From: Leptogorgia sarmentosa
Taxonomy: Eukaryota
Direction: 5' to 3'
DNA length: 64,000 nucleotides
Assembly (NCBI GenBank): GCA_964658305.1
Contig: OZ210885.1
Location: 1,116,001-1,180,000 of the forward strand
Under the pieces are notes generated by a model. It made no database searches. It worked only from the letters and a program-made list of their open reading frames with translations, and was not told where the DNA came from. A program made the translations under genes and the position numbers. Within the stretch, counting starts at the first letter, position 1. Every line of letters begins with the position of its first letter. Below are positions 50,280-64,000 of this stretch, in pieces.

Positions 50280-53200
50280 TTAAGAATTGCAGCCATAAAC
50301 TTCAACACGAAGACATGCTGCAGCGAAGTATTTGATTGGATAAATGCGTATGTAACGAGCAACTTGAGGTTCTTCTAAGAGATTCAACACTGGGGTCACA
50401 TGATCACAATTTCCATCAAATATCTGTGAAAGAAAGATTTCATATCTCGTTACTCATATTTTTTTACAGGAATTTTAGTACATTTTGCGTTTCAAGAATT
50501 TATTTGCTGCTGGCAGCTTTATTCAAATCTTACATGGTACCACGTGATATATCCTTAAAATGTTCACTTACTTTTTTAGCTCCTCCTTCGTGATAATCGA
50601 CCCATGAATAGCGGTCATTACTGAATCCCACACTGTATGATTTTACATGTTCGAAGTAAACATCTCGTCCTTGTGTAGCCAAAGCTGTAATGCGTTTCTT
50701 GCTACCAAGATCAATCTGTAGATATTTCTCTCTGGTGCTTCTCGGGTCTGCACACCATGCTCCAACGTGTCTTTTCGAATGGTCATCTTCTTTATAAAGA
50801 CGACCAGAAGAAGCGCGAGCCTGCCATCCACCACCTTTAATAAAAAATTCATTTAAAATTCTTATATACTAATTTAAAAAATCATGTTTTAAAAAGGATA
50901 CATATTAAACATGTTACATACAGTACCTGGTATAAATATTGATGGGGCATACATTTGGCTGTCACGGACGATTGTGTTATCGTGAACTCCAAGTGGATCA
51001 GTGCAGTGACCTGCAATAGCATGGATGAAGAATTGAAGTGAAAACCCAAATCACTTTCACGTTGACAATCATGATATTTTGCAACATTTTTTCTGAAAGA
51101 TTTTGCCAAGTTATGTTGATGAACTTACCAACAGGTTTGATAATTTCTTTATCACAGGTTTCGTTTCTGTTGCAACTCAACAGACAGTTATCATGCACCC
51201 AACGATCTGTGTCACATCTTCCATCCTCTGCCCAGGATTTACAATGTCGGCTGCGATCTTTGCATAGAACACCTTGACGATAAAGAAAATGTAATAAGAT
51301 GCATACAACCATATACTGTTGGCCGGAACTAAAGAATTTAAGCTCACTTTCTTCATTGTAGAGTATGGATAAAAAGTACAGCGAGGACCGCTTGTTCCCA
51401 GTAATGCGAGCAACATCATACAATAAAATGTAGAAGAAGGTTTATTATACCTATGAACTTCTTGCTTGGTGTGCTGATTCCTCCTTTGGTGACTATTGTT
51501 GGTCCTTCTGTTGTTATGATTTCGGTTGGTGTTGTGGTGGATGGTGTTGGGGTGGTTGTAGATGTTGTTAGTACATTTGAAGTAGTGGTAGTTTCAGTGG
51601 TAGTAGTTTCTGTGGGGGGCTTCGTTGTTGGTGCTAAAGAAAGAAGAGCATTTTTGGTTTCATACATTTCGTTCTTTGTAATATTTGTGAATTCTTTGAC
51701 AAACATACCTCCAGTGCAAATGCCACATGATTTTTTACAGCTGTTCCACATGAAGTTGATCTCATGATCAGTGTTCCCTTCAGTACGGAGACAAAATCCA
51801 TTCTTTGCCCATCCAGGGCAATCAGGAAAGTTATCTTTACAAACTCCGTTGCAAATTCCGCAACTGTTAGCACAGGTTGTTAACATTGGGTCGGGGGATA
51901 ATGTACAGAAACCAGCTTTAGCCCAATTTTTGCATTGCTCGTGGTCGTCCTGACATTGCTTTCCTAGAATCATGTGAAATTTGTTAAATACACTTTCAAA
52001 CAGTAAATTAAACACAGTTATTAAGAGATAGTTGTTCATTTAGCGTAACATTTATTCTCACCAACAGAAGCCAAGCTTGATCGTTTTGCCTGGCCAATTG
52101 ATTTCACAGTAATCGCCCGTCGCTTGCGTATTTCTGAAAACAAAACAACCAAGCAAATGTGAGTGAACATACTTAGCACAACCAATTAGCGTCAGGAGCG
52201 TTCTGAATGTTCTGACATAATTGGAAACACCGACGTGACTTTAATTACACTTACTGTTGCATTGATACATTCTGTTTGTCTGTATTACATCGGAATCACT
52301 CAACTCTCGGTAAGGTGTACCACCATATCCCCGTTTTGGAATAATTGTATTGTATCTTCGGTCACGCGCAAACGCGTTGTATGGATAATGCATGATAGAA
52401 TTGAAGTCGTAGGGTTCTCCATAGTTGTTGGTTTGTTCGGGGACTTCATCAAAGTTATATCTAAAGCCTATAATGAAAGATATTATCGTAAAGATTTTTT
52501 TTGGCAATTTTTACCATTCAAGTGCATGGAGTTATCGAAGGTGCCACTGAAATAAACTTACTCGGAATAACATTATTGTAGTCAATTCTAATATAGTCGT
52601 CACGATCTGGTCGACTTTGCTCATGCCAGAATCCAATCACGTGACCAAGTTCATGTACCATGACGTGTTTATAATCGCAACCTTTACCAATGGAGATCTG
52701 AGTTTTCTTTCCTTTGTAACCAACATAAGTTGCCGAACAACTGCAATGGAAATGACAAGTTTAAAACATTCAACAACATTCAGGAATCCAAACATATCTT
52801 GTCTTACCCAGCAGCCCTGATAAACTCAAGATAGACTTTGTGATGTTTTTCTTTTTTGACGAATCGGACACAAGTTCTGCTTTCCCACTCCTGCATAGCC
52901 ACTTTTGTCGCTTCAACAGCACTCGCGATACTTACTATAAACACAGAGTAAGTGCATGTTTTAAATTTTAATCATCAAGGTATGCAGTGCGTATAAAAAT
53001 CACTTGGAAAAGCTCAAAAAATTAATAATGGGTACATACAAACACTGCAGTCAAAAACGTAGGGAATGATTCCATTTGGCCAAGGTGTTCGTGTCCCAGC
53101 TTCTCCTATCTTTCCTCCAGTTCTCCGTCCTGAATCTTGAATATCGCCTTCAAATAAAGTTTTTGTGTTATATCCTTGTTCTTGGTCGTCTCCCAGTGGA

Positions 53201-53334
53201 CTTTCTATGTCCTTGTCAGTAGGATTGCGGATATCAAATGGACCAATAGGAACAGAAGGAGGGTCAGGAATCTCGGTGGATTTCGATTGAATTGTCACAA
53301 AACAAAACAACAACAGCAACAAATGGTTCTTCAT
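50280..53334 (-). CDS. Secreted astacin (M12A) metalloprotease with 3 ShK domains, Thr-rich linker and C-terminal F5/8 type C (discoidin) domain, 652 aa. Exons 53334-53040, 52934-52808, 52740-52562, 52467-52255, 52133-52062, 51963-51709, 51633-51451, 51272-51129, 51010-50927, 50834-50572, 50423-50280
   Basis: Eleven phase-consistent GT-AG exons total 1959 nt. Signal peptide MKNHLLLLLFCFVTIQS, pro-domain FEGDI, WPNGIIPY, HELGHVIGFWHEQSRPDRD, SIMHY Met-turn, three C.D....C..WA..G.C ShK motifs, and GAWCA..YLQIDLG..ITALATQGR..ARYIRIYP..CLRVEVYGC. Confidence 0.93.
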
Positions 53335-55129
53335 CTAAGAAAAATATACAAATGTTACGATTTTTACTCGTGCACGTGTATCTAAAATTCAGAAGCCAGC
53401 GAAATGTTATTGAAAGGTATTATATAGTTTTAAACATTGCAATATTTTCTTCAAAGTAATATTTTAATAAATTGTAATTAAACAAGATGTATTTTACATT
53501 AAAAAGTCAAGATTTGAATAGCACGAGCCCTAGAATATCACGAGATCATATAACAACCGAAGTCAGTAAGTTTTTTATTATATCGCATAGCTATATTCGA
53601 ATAAGTAAGTAGTAGGCAGTAAGTTTTTTATTATATATATTCGAATTGGGATCAAAACCAACTTATTCTACTGTACTTCGTTAAACTGGCAAAACAGTTT
53701 CGTATCCTTCATTTTCAAACTCTGGGTAATAAAACTCGTTTTCAGAATGCTCCTCGTTGATCATTTTTACACTTTCTACTTTGATAAATGAAATTTCATT
53801 AATTTTTAAAGTTTTGGTTTGTTTTTAAAATTGTTTCTAAAAATTTCCAATTGCCCGTTAGCAATACGGGAAAATACTGCACCGTCAGCCATTCGCCAAA
53901 ACAAATGCTTGCCCATGCATATAATAATACTTATTAACAGCTAATGCTGTTGCTTCTTAACAAGCCCCTCGATCAAAAGAGTTTTTACGATATTGTTTTC
54001 CACTAATGTGGAAATTCACCTTTAATTTTGGTTGCAATTATTCTTCTTCGTAATTTTTTTCTTCAGTGTATCTTTTCGTTTGTCCTGGCCAATTGATCTT
54101 TTCTGTTGTCTTCACCAAATATCTAAGTCTGGTTGTTTTAGTGATTTGATTTCTCCAGCAGTCGTCCGTCTCTTTTATACTCACTGTATTAGGTCGCAGG
54201 TGACGCCATGCATACTTCCGTTTTTCCAGTATTCACGAGAAGTGCGTCAAATGAAGTTTTTAAACTTCCCGCAGGAAATACAGGAGCTTAAAAATGACAA
54301 ATTTGGTCATTCACCAAAACGCCTATACTTCCCCAGTTCAATGTTCTTGCCGACGAATCGAGAAATTTCGTTCTGGCAAGGTAAATTTCCGAATGGAAAC
54401 TAATGATAAAATTATATTGGTACGTTTGTTGGGTAAAAAACAGTGAATTATATGTTTATGTGTATAGTTTATTATGTTTATAAGCTGCATGGCAGTGAAA
54501 TTCAATATATTTATGTTTAATACTACAATCAATTCATAATCCTGAGTGAGCATTATAAAAAAATACTTGATATTATAATTGAACAACTTAAAGAAAACAT
54601 CCATGAATGTCTAAAATTCCTACAAATATCCAAATGTCATTATTTTTTACATTTGGAAATTTTGCCGAAATTGAACGGGCCGAAGGGGTGATCACTGAGT
54701 AAAAACAAAAGGAAATGAGATTAAACGTGGAGAATCCACTGCATGGATAAAAAACATTTCCAACAAATTTTTCTGGACTTTTCTCCTTTGGACTACTGAG
54801 ATTTTTTCTTAAAGCTTCATAAGAGAATTGTTCATCACTGCTCCTCCACTTGTATCAGGGAGCTAGAGGAGTAATTATTTATATATTCGTTCATTTATTA
54901 CAGATCCTAATCTGTAGTGTACACTTTTCCAGGGCGTATTTGACTGTATTGATTGTCTTATGAGATGCTAATAAAAAGCGTATTTAGTCATTGTATAGTA
55001 CGCAGATGAATACAAAACCTGATGGCGTACTCAGCCAAAGTGCGCGATAAAGGAGCGAGGAAGTTACTAAAGTATACCATTATATGGATTTTGTCATGCC
55101 AGATTTACTACATTATATTGCTGAAGCTA

Positions 55130-55270
55130 ATTAGTATGTCGGGATAAAGACGACTGAAATTAATTTCAAACTATGTAAAGCTTTCTAAGTCAATCATATT
55201 GCTCAAACGTCACGTATGCGATAGTAGCAGGCCAAGAATAAGCTTCTAAATCGAAAACTGATTGAAAAGT
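55130..55270. repeat. Diverged inverted repeat pair with ~59755-59900
   Basis: caatcatattgctcaaac...ccaagaataagcttct is the reverse complement of agaagcttattcttgg...gtttgagcaatatgattg. Confidence 0.7.
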
Positions 55271-56216
55271 AACTTCTTTAAAATTAATTCTTCTTTCACA
55301 GCGCGTACTAGGATTTATTTTCAATGGAAACGTTTGGTCTATAAAATCAATCCCAAAGAGATTTGTTCTTATGGAGAAATTGAATTGATTGAATCTTCAG
55401 TAGTTAGAGAGTAAGTCAGTCCGTGAACTTCTTGTGATTATTGAATCTAACAGGCAACAAACTTAATGACTCATTCAGTCTTGAATGAGTTTAAACCAAT
55501 TTGCATGTGGTTTTAGAAGAATTACCTATAGTGTAGGTAAGTTTGGAATTTATTTCCTGGTTAAGTTTACCGACTTACGCGTAACGTTGACCTTGTTATT
55601 TACGTCATGAGGCGGATGCGAGTAAAATAATTTTTTCGCCAGATACCGCATTATATTATAATATGACGTCATACATCCTTATGCCTGTTATGGTTAATTT
55701 ATGATCCTAGTCTATACAAAATGCTCACGTGTTACATGCTATCGCTGTTATTGGTCAATTCAAATTCGAAGTTTATAATTGATTATAATTTTAGAATATC
55801 CGGTCATTGTTGGTCGGTAAGTTCCGTAGAAATTTGTCAATTCCTAACGTTCCTACGACTTCGTCCCACCTACATTACCGCAATCCGGGTAAATATATTA
55901 TTGAATCAGCAAGTTTGATGAGTTTCTGCATAACGGGTTCATGAAGCAGGGAGCATGCTTACGAAGTAATTAAAGTAAAAATGTTCTCTTAAGTATTTGT
56001 GTGATTCTCCTGAGCAAGAGAAACCACTGAGTCATAATTGCGGTTTCAAGCATAAGTGTCCGCTAAAAAGTATTGCCTTATCTTTGCCAATAAAAGTTAT
56101 AGTCAGGAAATGTGTTATGACACAAGAAAAACCTTCATTCGCTTCTTGGATGTGTTAGGCTTAGCATTAATTTCCGTTGCATGCAATCTTAAATTTGAAA
56201 CAATTTGTATAACAAT

Positions 56217-56795
56217 GTATGACAAACCTATAGTTAGGATTAAAGACAATTTTGAGTACCGAAAGTCCTATTTAATAGGAAAGGCGTGGGTATTTTTACC
56301 ACTGAGGTTGGGATGCAACGTGTGACCTTTACTGACCTATAACCCGACCTGCTTTTAAACTTTGTTGCTTTCTGTAAGTTAAAAAACTCGTTCAGTTTTC
56401 AATTTTGCCCAATCCCAGCTGTATGAATGTTTGAAAACCTTGGATTTCGTTTCCAGACTTAATATTATCAATAGCACAGAATAGATATACTAAACCGAAA
56501 CAGGTCTTGAAGAGGGTCTCCCCCGTCGTGTGTTTTGCATTTGGAAAAAAAATGTCCGAAACTTTTTACGTGCTGACGATGCCGGTGTGCACATGCATGC
56601 CACTGATATTCCACGTCTGATATTCCGTGACATTGTTATCACGTACATGTGTTCACATTGCAGACACAATGCATGACAAACCTATATTTAGGAATAAAGA
56701 CAATTTTGAGTACCGAAAGCCCTATTTAATAGGAAAGGCGTGGGTATTTTTACCACTGAGGTTGGGATGCAACGTGTGACCTTTACTGACTTATA
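56217..56795. repeat. ~125-bp near-identical direct repeat (56217-56340 and 56672-56795)
   Basis: atgacaaacctata...aaggcgtgggtatttttaccactgaggttgggatgcaacgtgtgacctttactgac occurs twice. Confidence 0.85.
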
Positions 56796-57375
56796 ATAAA
56801 AGAAAAGAAATGAAGAGGATCTTTCAGCATTTCAAATTTGCTCGTTCATATGACTGATTGAATTTGAAGTATGTTTTCTATTAACGTCTGCGTCGCTAAG
56901 TTTACACATAACGATTATTCGAACTGATTTGATAAACAATTAACTTGATTCCTACTTTTTTTCGACATATGGGCATGACTAGCCGCGATTTTAAGCGTTC
57001 AATTAAAAACGCTCTCGTCATTTGATATTATATACGTGCGAAATTATTGGAATTATAGTGCGAAATGTATTCAACAACTTCAACGGAATGTATTCAACGG
57101 AAGAATAAGCTTTAAATTGTGAGAAAAATTTGTGCTTTTCTGCATATTTTTCTTCCCATTTTGAGAATCACGGGAAAAAATCGCGACCGACCAATACACC
57201 CTTTCGAAAACCATAAAGTTCAGTATTGTTAAAACGAAGCTTAATCGCTACGCCCTATATAAGAACATTTATTAATGTTATTTTAACATTGCGAAGAGTG
57301 TTAAATTTGTTAAAGATACTTTGTCAAGGTACTGAAGCGTTCCTAATTGCAGCAATAGAGTTAGTCATTGTTGTA

Positions 57376-57609
57376 CAGGGTGTCCCCAAAAAGTGACTTC
57401 TATAGAAATCACTGTTTTGTTGTTAATCTCGGTTTATTGCACCTCTGGAAATTTAAATTAGCTTTTCACGAACAGCAACAAAAGCGCGTGCTGTTATACA
57501 TACTTCTGTCGTTCATGAGCCATTCAATTATATTCTCAAAGGCATAACAACGCACGTTTGACAACAAAAGAACTGATTTCTATAGAGGTCACTTTTTTGG
57601 GACACCCTA
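57376..57609. mobile_element. Tc1/mariner-type MITE
   Basis: ta|cagggtgtccccaaaaagtgacttctatagaaatca ... tgatttctatagaggtcacttttttgggacaccct. Confidence 0.75.
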
Positions 57610-60600
57610 GCTGTACTATCAGTCTCTGACCACAAGTGGTTTGTATTGAACCACTGATTCATTCACTGTACTGTATGTAAACATAGCTTTAAAATTAATT
57701 TCATGTCGTGATAATACTTCATATTGCATCAGGAGTTAAAGGTCATTGAATTTTCAAGTACATTGTTATTGTCTGCTGCAGAGCAATTATACCGAACCTC
57801 GGAACCTGCATGTCTACACCTAAGTTTATTGGAGTTTATTAAATCAAAAAGTTTTTTTTAAATTCTATGTCGTCGTGTTTCATATTTCCACCGAGAAATT
57901 AAGATCATTGCATTTATTTCAAAGAAATTTTCGGCTATTGTACGAACGTGTCGAAGGGCAGGCACTCTTAAACTTATCGACAACCAATATCGAGCGAAGA
58001 TTCTTTTTAAGTATTTGTCATCAAGCAGGGCAGGAACTTGAGTATCACATCAAAGGGGCTATTTATGCCTTAAAAGGCGCGGCTTTTGTATTCCCCAACG
58101 AATTGTACATGTAATAACATCGGAACCAGCTGCGACTGTACATTTCATCCCAAACTAGAGAAATTGGGAAATACAATCACACCTTGTCGTTATATTTTCG
58201 TTCACAAGGTGTCTTTCAACAAGAATTTCCAGACGATAAACGAGTTTTTTGACAAAATATCACCTGATACACAGATACAGTTTCAAAACGCGTCATCCAT
58301 CTGCACCATAGCATATTAATTGCGCCATAATTGCGTCATTCGAGGCGCCATTCTTAAATCTTACTTTGACTTCTTCAATTCTACACTAAGCTGCACTAAC
58401 CTTTATAAATTAAATATTCTACAATAAATGCTATAATAGTGTGTTATAGACGCTAATTTGCATGATACATGATAACTTTCTTTTTAATTTCTCAAGATGC
58501 AAACACTTCCCACTTGGCGCCTCTTGACCCTGATTCGCGTGGGCAGAACTCAGTTCAATGTTCAATGTAAACCAGCATCGTGTTGATATCTGTGTGTGAG
58601 CAGTGAGGGAGGTCGAAGGCTCACATTTCAAACGAAATCCAATATAGGTATGTACGGCGTATCCAGCGAATATCAAAACGGATCAAAAATTAAGCTCACC
58701 ATTCCCTGAATTATTAAAAACTATTTCAGATGGTCTTTAAACTTTACTCGAAACATCAGTGTATATATGGTTTTGTCATTTAAGTAGTGAATGTAATATT
58801 TTAAAAATTTTGACGCATTTTCATACATTACGTGTTGCTTTCATTATCTTTTCAAATTACTCGTTTTCCAAATTATGCGACTGACCGAATGAGATTTAAT
58901 TTAATTCAATTTAATACAGTTCAGTACTAACTGTGCCCAAACTGAGAGCCATTGAGAAAAAGGCAGTGTTAAATTATTATCAGTAAACTGAAGCGGTGAA
59001 TTCATAAATCGTTGCACAGATAACTATTATAGTCAGTTGAAATGACAGAGTGAAATTTCGTACAGGAATGTTTGAATTTCATTTGCAGGTAAAAATATAT
59101 CGGAACTTACAATGATGTACAAGAAAAAGTTCGTCGGAAAATTATTTCTCTGAAACTGACACCCCAGTTGAAGATATGCCTTTCTCCATATAAAAAAGCT
59201 ACGATCCTCAAATTGCGTAATTATAACTCACAATAATTCAAGCGTTAAATATACAAATAAGTCTAGTTATAGAATGAATTGATCAACGAGTCTTGCAACT
59301 CTTAATTAAGAGGTTATAGATCATGATTTTTATACGCTGTACGAGTCAAAACGTCGAAAATAACTTGTCTACTCTCGAGTCATGTGTTGTATTTTGATAC
59401 AAGATCACTTAAAATAGAGAATCACCACTGAATTACTAAATCACCACTTATATAGCAATGATTTTGAACAGCTTTCATAAAAAGTGCATCATATTTACAG
59501 TATAGCTATATTTTTGAGTTTGCAGTGAATCCATTCATTGAATCACCATGACTTTATATATAAACGATATCACTGTATTTGGCGCTCAATCTAAACAATT
59601 TTACTACTCTCTAAATTCCAACGATTAAAAATTCAATATATTTATCCGTAAAAACAATCTTGGAATTGCTTTTACGGACCAAAAATCTTCTATTGAAAAT
59701 CAATTCCACTGGCGATTGATAGAAAAATCAATCTTAAAGGAGTTATTTTCAATCAAATTTCAATCGATTTTCAATTTAAAGAAGCTTATTCTTGGTCTGC
59801 TATTGCCGCACACGCGAAGTTTGAGCAATATGATTGGCTTAGAATTTTAAGTCTTTACAAAGACTGAAATGATTCTCAGTCGGCTTTATTCACTGACATG
59901 CATACTTTCAATCGAATTTCACACTGAAAGAGAATTTGTCACTCTGAATTCAATCTATTAGACTGATTTATTTTTCAAACTGTTGAAAGACTGAAATCTT
60001 CAATCTTTTGAATTAAGAGAGTAATTTGTGCTTTTTTAGCTACTTCACAAGTGAAAGACTGAGAAGAGATTTTTGGCAAGACTAGGCAAGAAATTCATTT
60101 CCTCTCGCAGGTCAAATCATCGGCATGATGTCGTTTAAGTCGGCAGGTAAACCACAGGTTCCGTAGCTATATTTAACCTAGAAATAATTCCCAACGTGCG
60201 TTTACCACAGATAGGATAGGTGCATGCATATACTATTATATCAAAAAATACTTTTCAGAACATGTTGTATATTAGACACGACTTTGTTGTGTATTAATTA
60301 TAAAGTATGATTATAAAACGACATAATGACGAACACAGTCACACAGCAGAGGAATTCAGAGCTTTGGTGATACAAGATTTCTCATGACATAATTGATATA
60401 TTCAGATGTCCGGTAAAACAACTTCCGCGCTTCTGTTCTACGTCAAGCTTCCAGCTTAAGTTTCAACTGAATACGCATTTGGACGTTGTTTTTTGACCAT
60501 CCTTGTACTAGACCTGTGCATGGCGATTGATTTGTGGTGGGGATGTTTATATATTTTTGATCAAAAACCTTGAAACAACTGATTTAAAAAAAAATATAAC

Positions 60601-62633
60601 GCACCATTAGTTATTCAGGGAAATTTAAAGTGGGAACGAATCAAATTATTTTACATTATAAAATTAAATTAGTTAAAAAATAGTACAATAATTACATTGA
60701 TAAAAATCAATTTAATGAATGATAATAGTCCTGGACAGCCGGTAAAACGTATCAGTGTCGGTATAATAATACATAAAACCACTCCTTATAATCGAAGCGG
60801 AGTAATAATTAGGTCACTGTATTGTGGTTGAAACAGCATAAAGTGCATGTCATAAACTGCACAACATGCATGCAGGAAGTCCGGATAAGGACCTTGTCTT
60901 AAAAGAAGAAAAGTTAGTTCCAGACAGCACGTATATACTTCAACCTTCATCCTGTAGGTTTGAACTTTGGTTTCGCCTTTCCTATTAAACTGCCCTTTTT
61001 ATTTTTTTTCACGCCAGGCGCAGTTCAAGCCCCCGTCATCATTGAACATCCATAACCATTTTGGGATTAGTATTTTCAACTTCAAGTGCGCACAAAAACC
61101 CCATAATCTGAGACGTGTGAAAAAAAGCGTGGGCGTTTTTCGTAGGCGAGGCAATGCCAGAGGACTTATACATGTCTATTTGTATAATTGATTGACAACT
61201 GAATGTATATTTAATGTGTTAAATGGCAAAATCCACATGGAAGGTATTGGATTATTTGAAACAACAACGAAATTTCTATAGTGTAATAATGTGGAATTAA
61301 GTCCACAAACTTTCTTTGGTGTAGCTAATAATGTGGAATTAAGTCAACTCCTTTGGCCACGCTTGGTAATTAATAAAGAACGCCCACGCTTTCACTCGTC
61401 GACTCTGCATTATGGGGGGGGGCTTTTGTGTGTCTTTGTGTATGTGTGTAATACTTCTTAGGTTCAACATTCAATAAAAACTGTAAAATACAGTGCTAAT
61501 ATATTTAATATACTCTTCCACAGTCATTTATATAATTAACAATTAACAACAATTAATAAAGCCATTTGATAATAGGAAAGCCATGTAAAATTCTATTGCC
61601 GAAATAAATGGTTCTTCATATCTGCTGTTCAATTTGAGCGGTTTTACCTCGGCGTTTTTCATGATGAAAGACATGTCCTAAAAGAGATGTGCAAATTTTC
61701 ACCTCATATTGACGAGACGTAACGTCTGTGTCAAAAGGAATATCCTAAAACAAACTTTTTCGCGAACGTTCTCTCAGCGAACATCCGCCCATGGTTGGTC
61801 GGCTTGGACGCATCGTAAGTTCCGTATTATGTAGATTGTAAATGAATTCCATGCGTTCCTATAATGCCATGCAGTTCTCATTTCTCAACCTGCTAAATAT
61901 TACACCATGATATCACGTTATAGAGGGTGGTAAAGCGGGGATATGAATCACGTTTCACAGAGAAAAAAACAGCCATTTCACGATTCACGTGCTTTGGAAA
62001 TGCGATTTCACGTTTCACGGAAAAAGGATTCAAATGACAACACGTTTATTTTATTTATTGTTAGCACATTGATAACTAGAGCTTGCGAAATTTTACATTC
62101 AAAGCATTTTTCTGCCTAATGCCAAATCAAAATAGACTGACAAACGAAGCCAGACAAAATCACAATTCATGACGAAGACAGCTTAATTCTTGTTTCACGG
62201 ATCGTTTTTATCGACAATCACGACTCACGGCGGCAATTCAAATCACGTTTTACGACGCAAAATTTAGTCATTTCACATTTCACGACGGCAATTATGATTG
62301 ATCAGCCATTCACGGATCACGAAAATACACTCCCATACATCATATCAGCTGGGTTATTTGACGGTTTAAGCCGCATGTTAAACTTCCTATTACAAGAATG
62401 CAAGTGCACAGATAAAACTTAGTCATGAGATCCCGAAAAAAAAACTATAGTCAAATGATAACAGTTGCCAATATAGTCATGAATATGCAGGGTTTACCAA
62501 CACGCAACTGGAACCACGCGCACCGAGTGTTTTCATAAAATACAAAAAATATATAAACTATATAACAAATAAATAGCAACTATGAAAATTATAATAACAT
62601 TTTGAAAATTTACCATGGCATATGGCCTATTAA

Positions 62634-62751
62634 GGCCCGTTTCATACGTCGAATTTTGGTCGCATCGAATGCAAACAATGGATAATGAGATGAACAATCT
62701 ATTGTTTGAATTGTATTCGATGCGACCAAAACTCGACGTATGAAACGGGCT
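62634..62751. mobile_element. PIF/Harbinger-type MITE with TAA target-site duplication
   Basis: taa|ggcccgtttcatacgtcga.ttttggtcgcatcgaat ... attcgatgcgaccaaaa.tcgacgtatgaaacgggct|taa. Confidence 0.8.
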
Positions 62752-63299
62752 TAAATAGCTAACAGTCATCAAGCACTCAGGGTAGTGCGTTAATTGAGGG
62801 TTTACATAGTAGTCATGTATTTATTTTCTGGCGAACGGATTAATGGATCAACAACTGATTTGATCCAACAATTTGTTGGGTAGAGCCCGAATAGATCGTG
62901 TAGTCAGCAGTGCATGCATGCTGAACAGCTCGAGGAAATGAAATCGATTGTTGTCTGTTAAAAAGTACATAGTCATCTGTTTCGGAATATCTATTGTCTT
63001 GTAATTGATACAGGATTGACTAAAACAAACAATCACTAATATTTTAATCACCAACTTGGATTTGAGTAGCTTTTGGCACGCTTCCATTTTCACTGACAAA
63101 TCTATTTGAGTCTCGATCATTGAACTAACTAATTTGAACGATGCTACTCTATATATAGTGCTTTTGGGTTCAACCCATTTGGTTCTACTTTGTTGTGTTA
63201 TTTTGCAAATGTTTTGCTAAAACGATTCTTTGTAACATAATGTGTATGACCAGTTCATGTCAACAAGATTAATTCGACCTCATATCCCACGACATCGAG

Positions 63300-63770
63300 A
63301 GCGGAAAAATTATTCAATTTTACGCATGTCGCTTTGTAGAATCGAGTCATTTTTAGTAGCCCGGTAGGTTTTTAACGTAGAAATAAGTTCGAATGTTCCT
63401 ACATGATGCTATAACACCACAGAGACAGAACGCAAATGGACATGATCAAAGGCATTTCTAAGGGCAAGGAAATCTGTTGATGACTTCAATATGTCAATCA
63501 ATACATCATAAAACAACTTCCGCGCTCCTACAGCAGCAAACTTTGCGCTTATGTTTGATACTACCAGTGAAGTTTGGAAATACTGATAGAATTTGACAGG
63601 AGCTGCCGGGGCGAGAGAAATTTGGCATATAGTTTTCGAACACACGAGGCGAAAGGTATTCTCGGTCGTTTCCGCCAACAGGCTATAAACAATACAAGGC
63701 CTGTGTAACAGGAAAGGAGGAACCAAAGGTCAAGACCGTCAGTCCTTTTATGACCAGTTTTCATATCCCG
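63300..63770 (-). pseudogene. Highly decayed non-LTR reverse transcriptase fragment
   Basis: ENTFRLVCSKTIC and DFLALRNAFDHV resemble the NYRPIS..SK..E and LDLSKAFD.V RT motifs. Confidence 0.4.
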
Positions 63771-64000
63771 GGCTCTCTGTTAGGAAGCGAATAACACCTT
63801 TTATATTAGGCACAAGATTTGACTTTTGCTTTTGTTAAAGAGAGAGATTATTTGATTCAGTCTATAAATAATGTATAATGATTCCAAGGTTCTCCCACTT
63901 TTTCTAGGCGTGACTCTATATTGTACAGTGAATAGCTAATGAAAGGCGTACCTTATCCTTCTACAACAATGAACAGCCTAGTACACCCTAGAGTTGAGCG

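Overview
AT-rich eukaryotic genomic DNA with GT-AG introns. The gene content suggests an invertebrate animal, probably an anthozoan cnidarian such as an octocoral (inference only). Every identifiable host gene is on the minus strand. Left to right: (1) a signal-peptide-bearing JmjC/cupin 2-oxoglutarate oxygenase, 8+ exons, running off the left edge; (2) EMC10, 10 exons; (3,4) two tandem paralogous ~4.1-kb single exons encoding DZIP3-type HEPN + NACHT/STAND NTPase + WD40-like propeller, inside a ~7.7-kb segmental duplication, with hypervariable patches in the C-terminal sensor; (5) an intronless class A GPCR; (6) an 11-exon astacin metalloprotease with an RKRR site, three ShK domains, a Thr-rich linker and an F5/8C domain. 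The main observation is that three upstream exons, two of them encoding TRADD-N-like domains, splice in frame onto the right-hand HEPN-NACHT-WD40 exon. This predicts a ~1681-aa (TRADD-N)2-HEPN-NACHT-WD40 immune receptor. The left-hand paralog keeps the same in-phase splice acceptor but has no TRADD-N exons of its own. Intergenic DNA holds layered duplications, a recently expanded minisatellite, MITEs, GNA-loop hairpin elements and decayed piggyBac, LINE and integrase fragments. Domain calls come from motif recognition by eye, not database searches.
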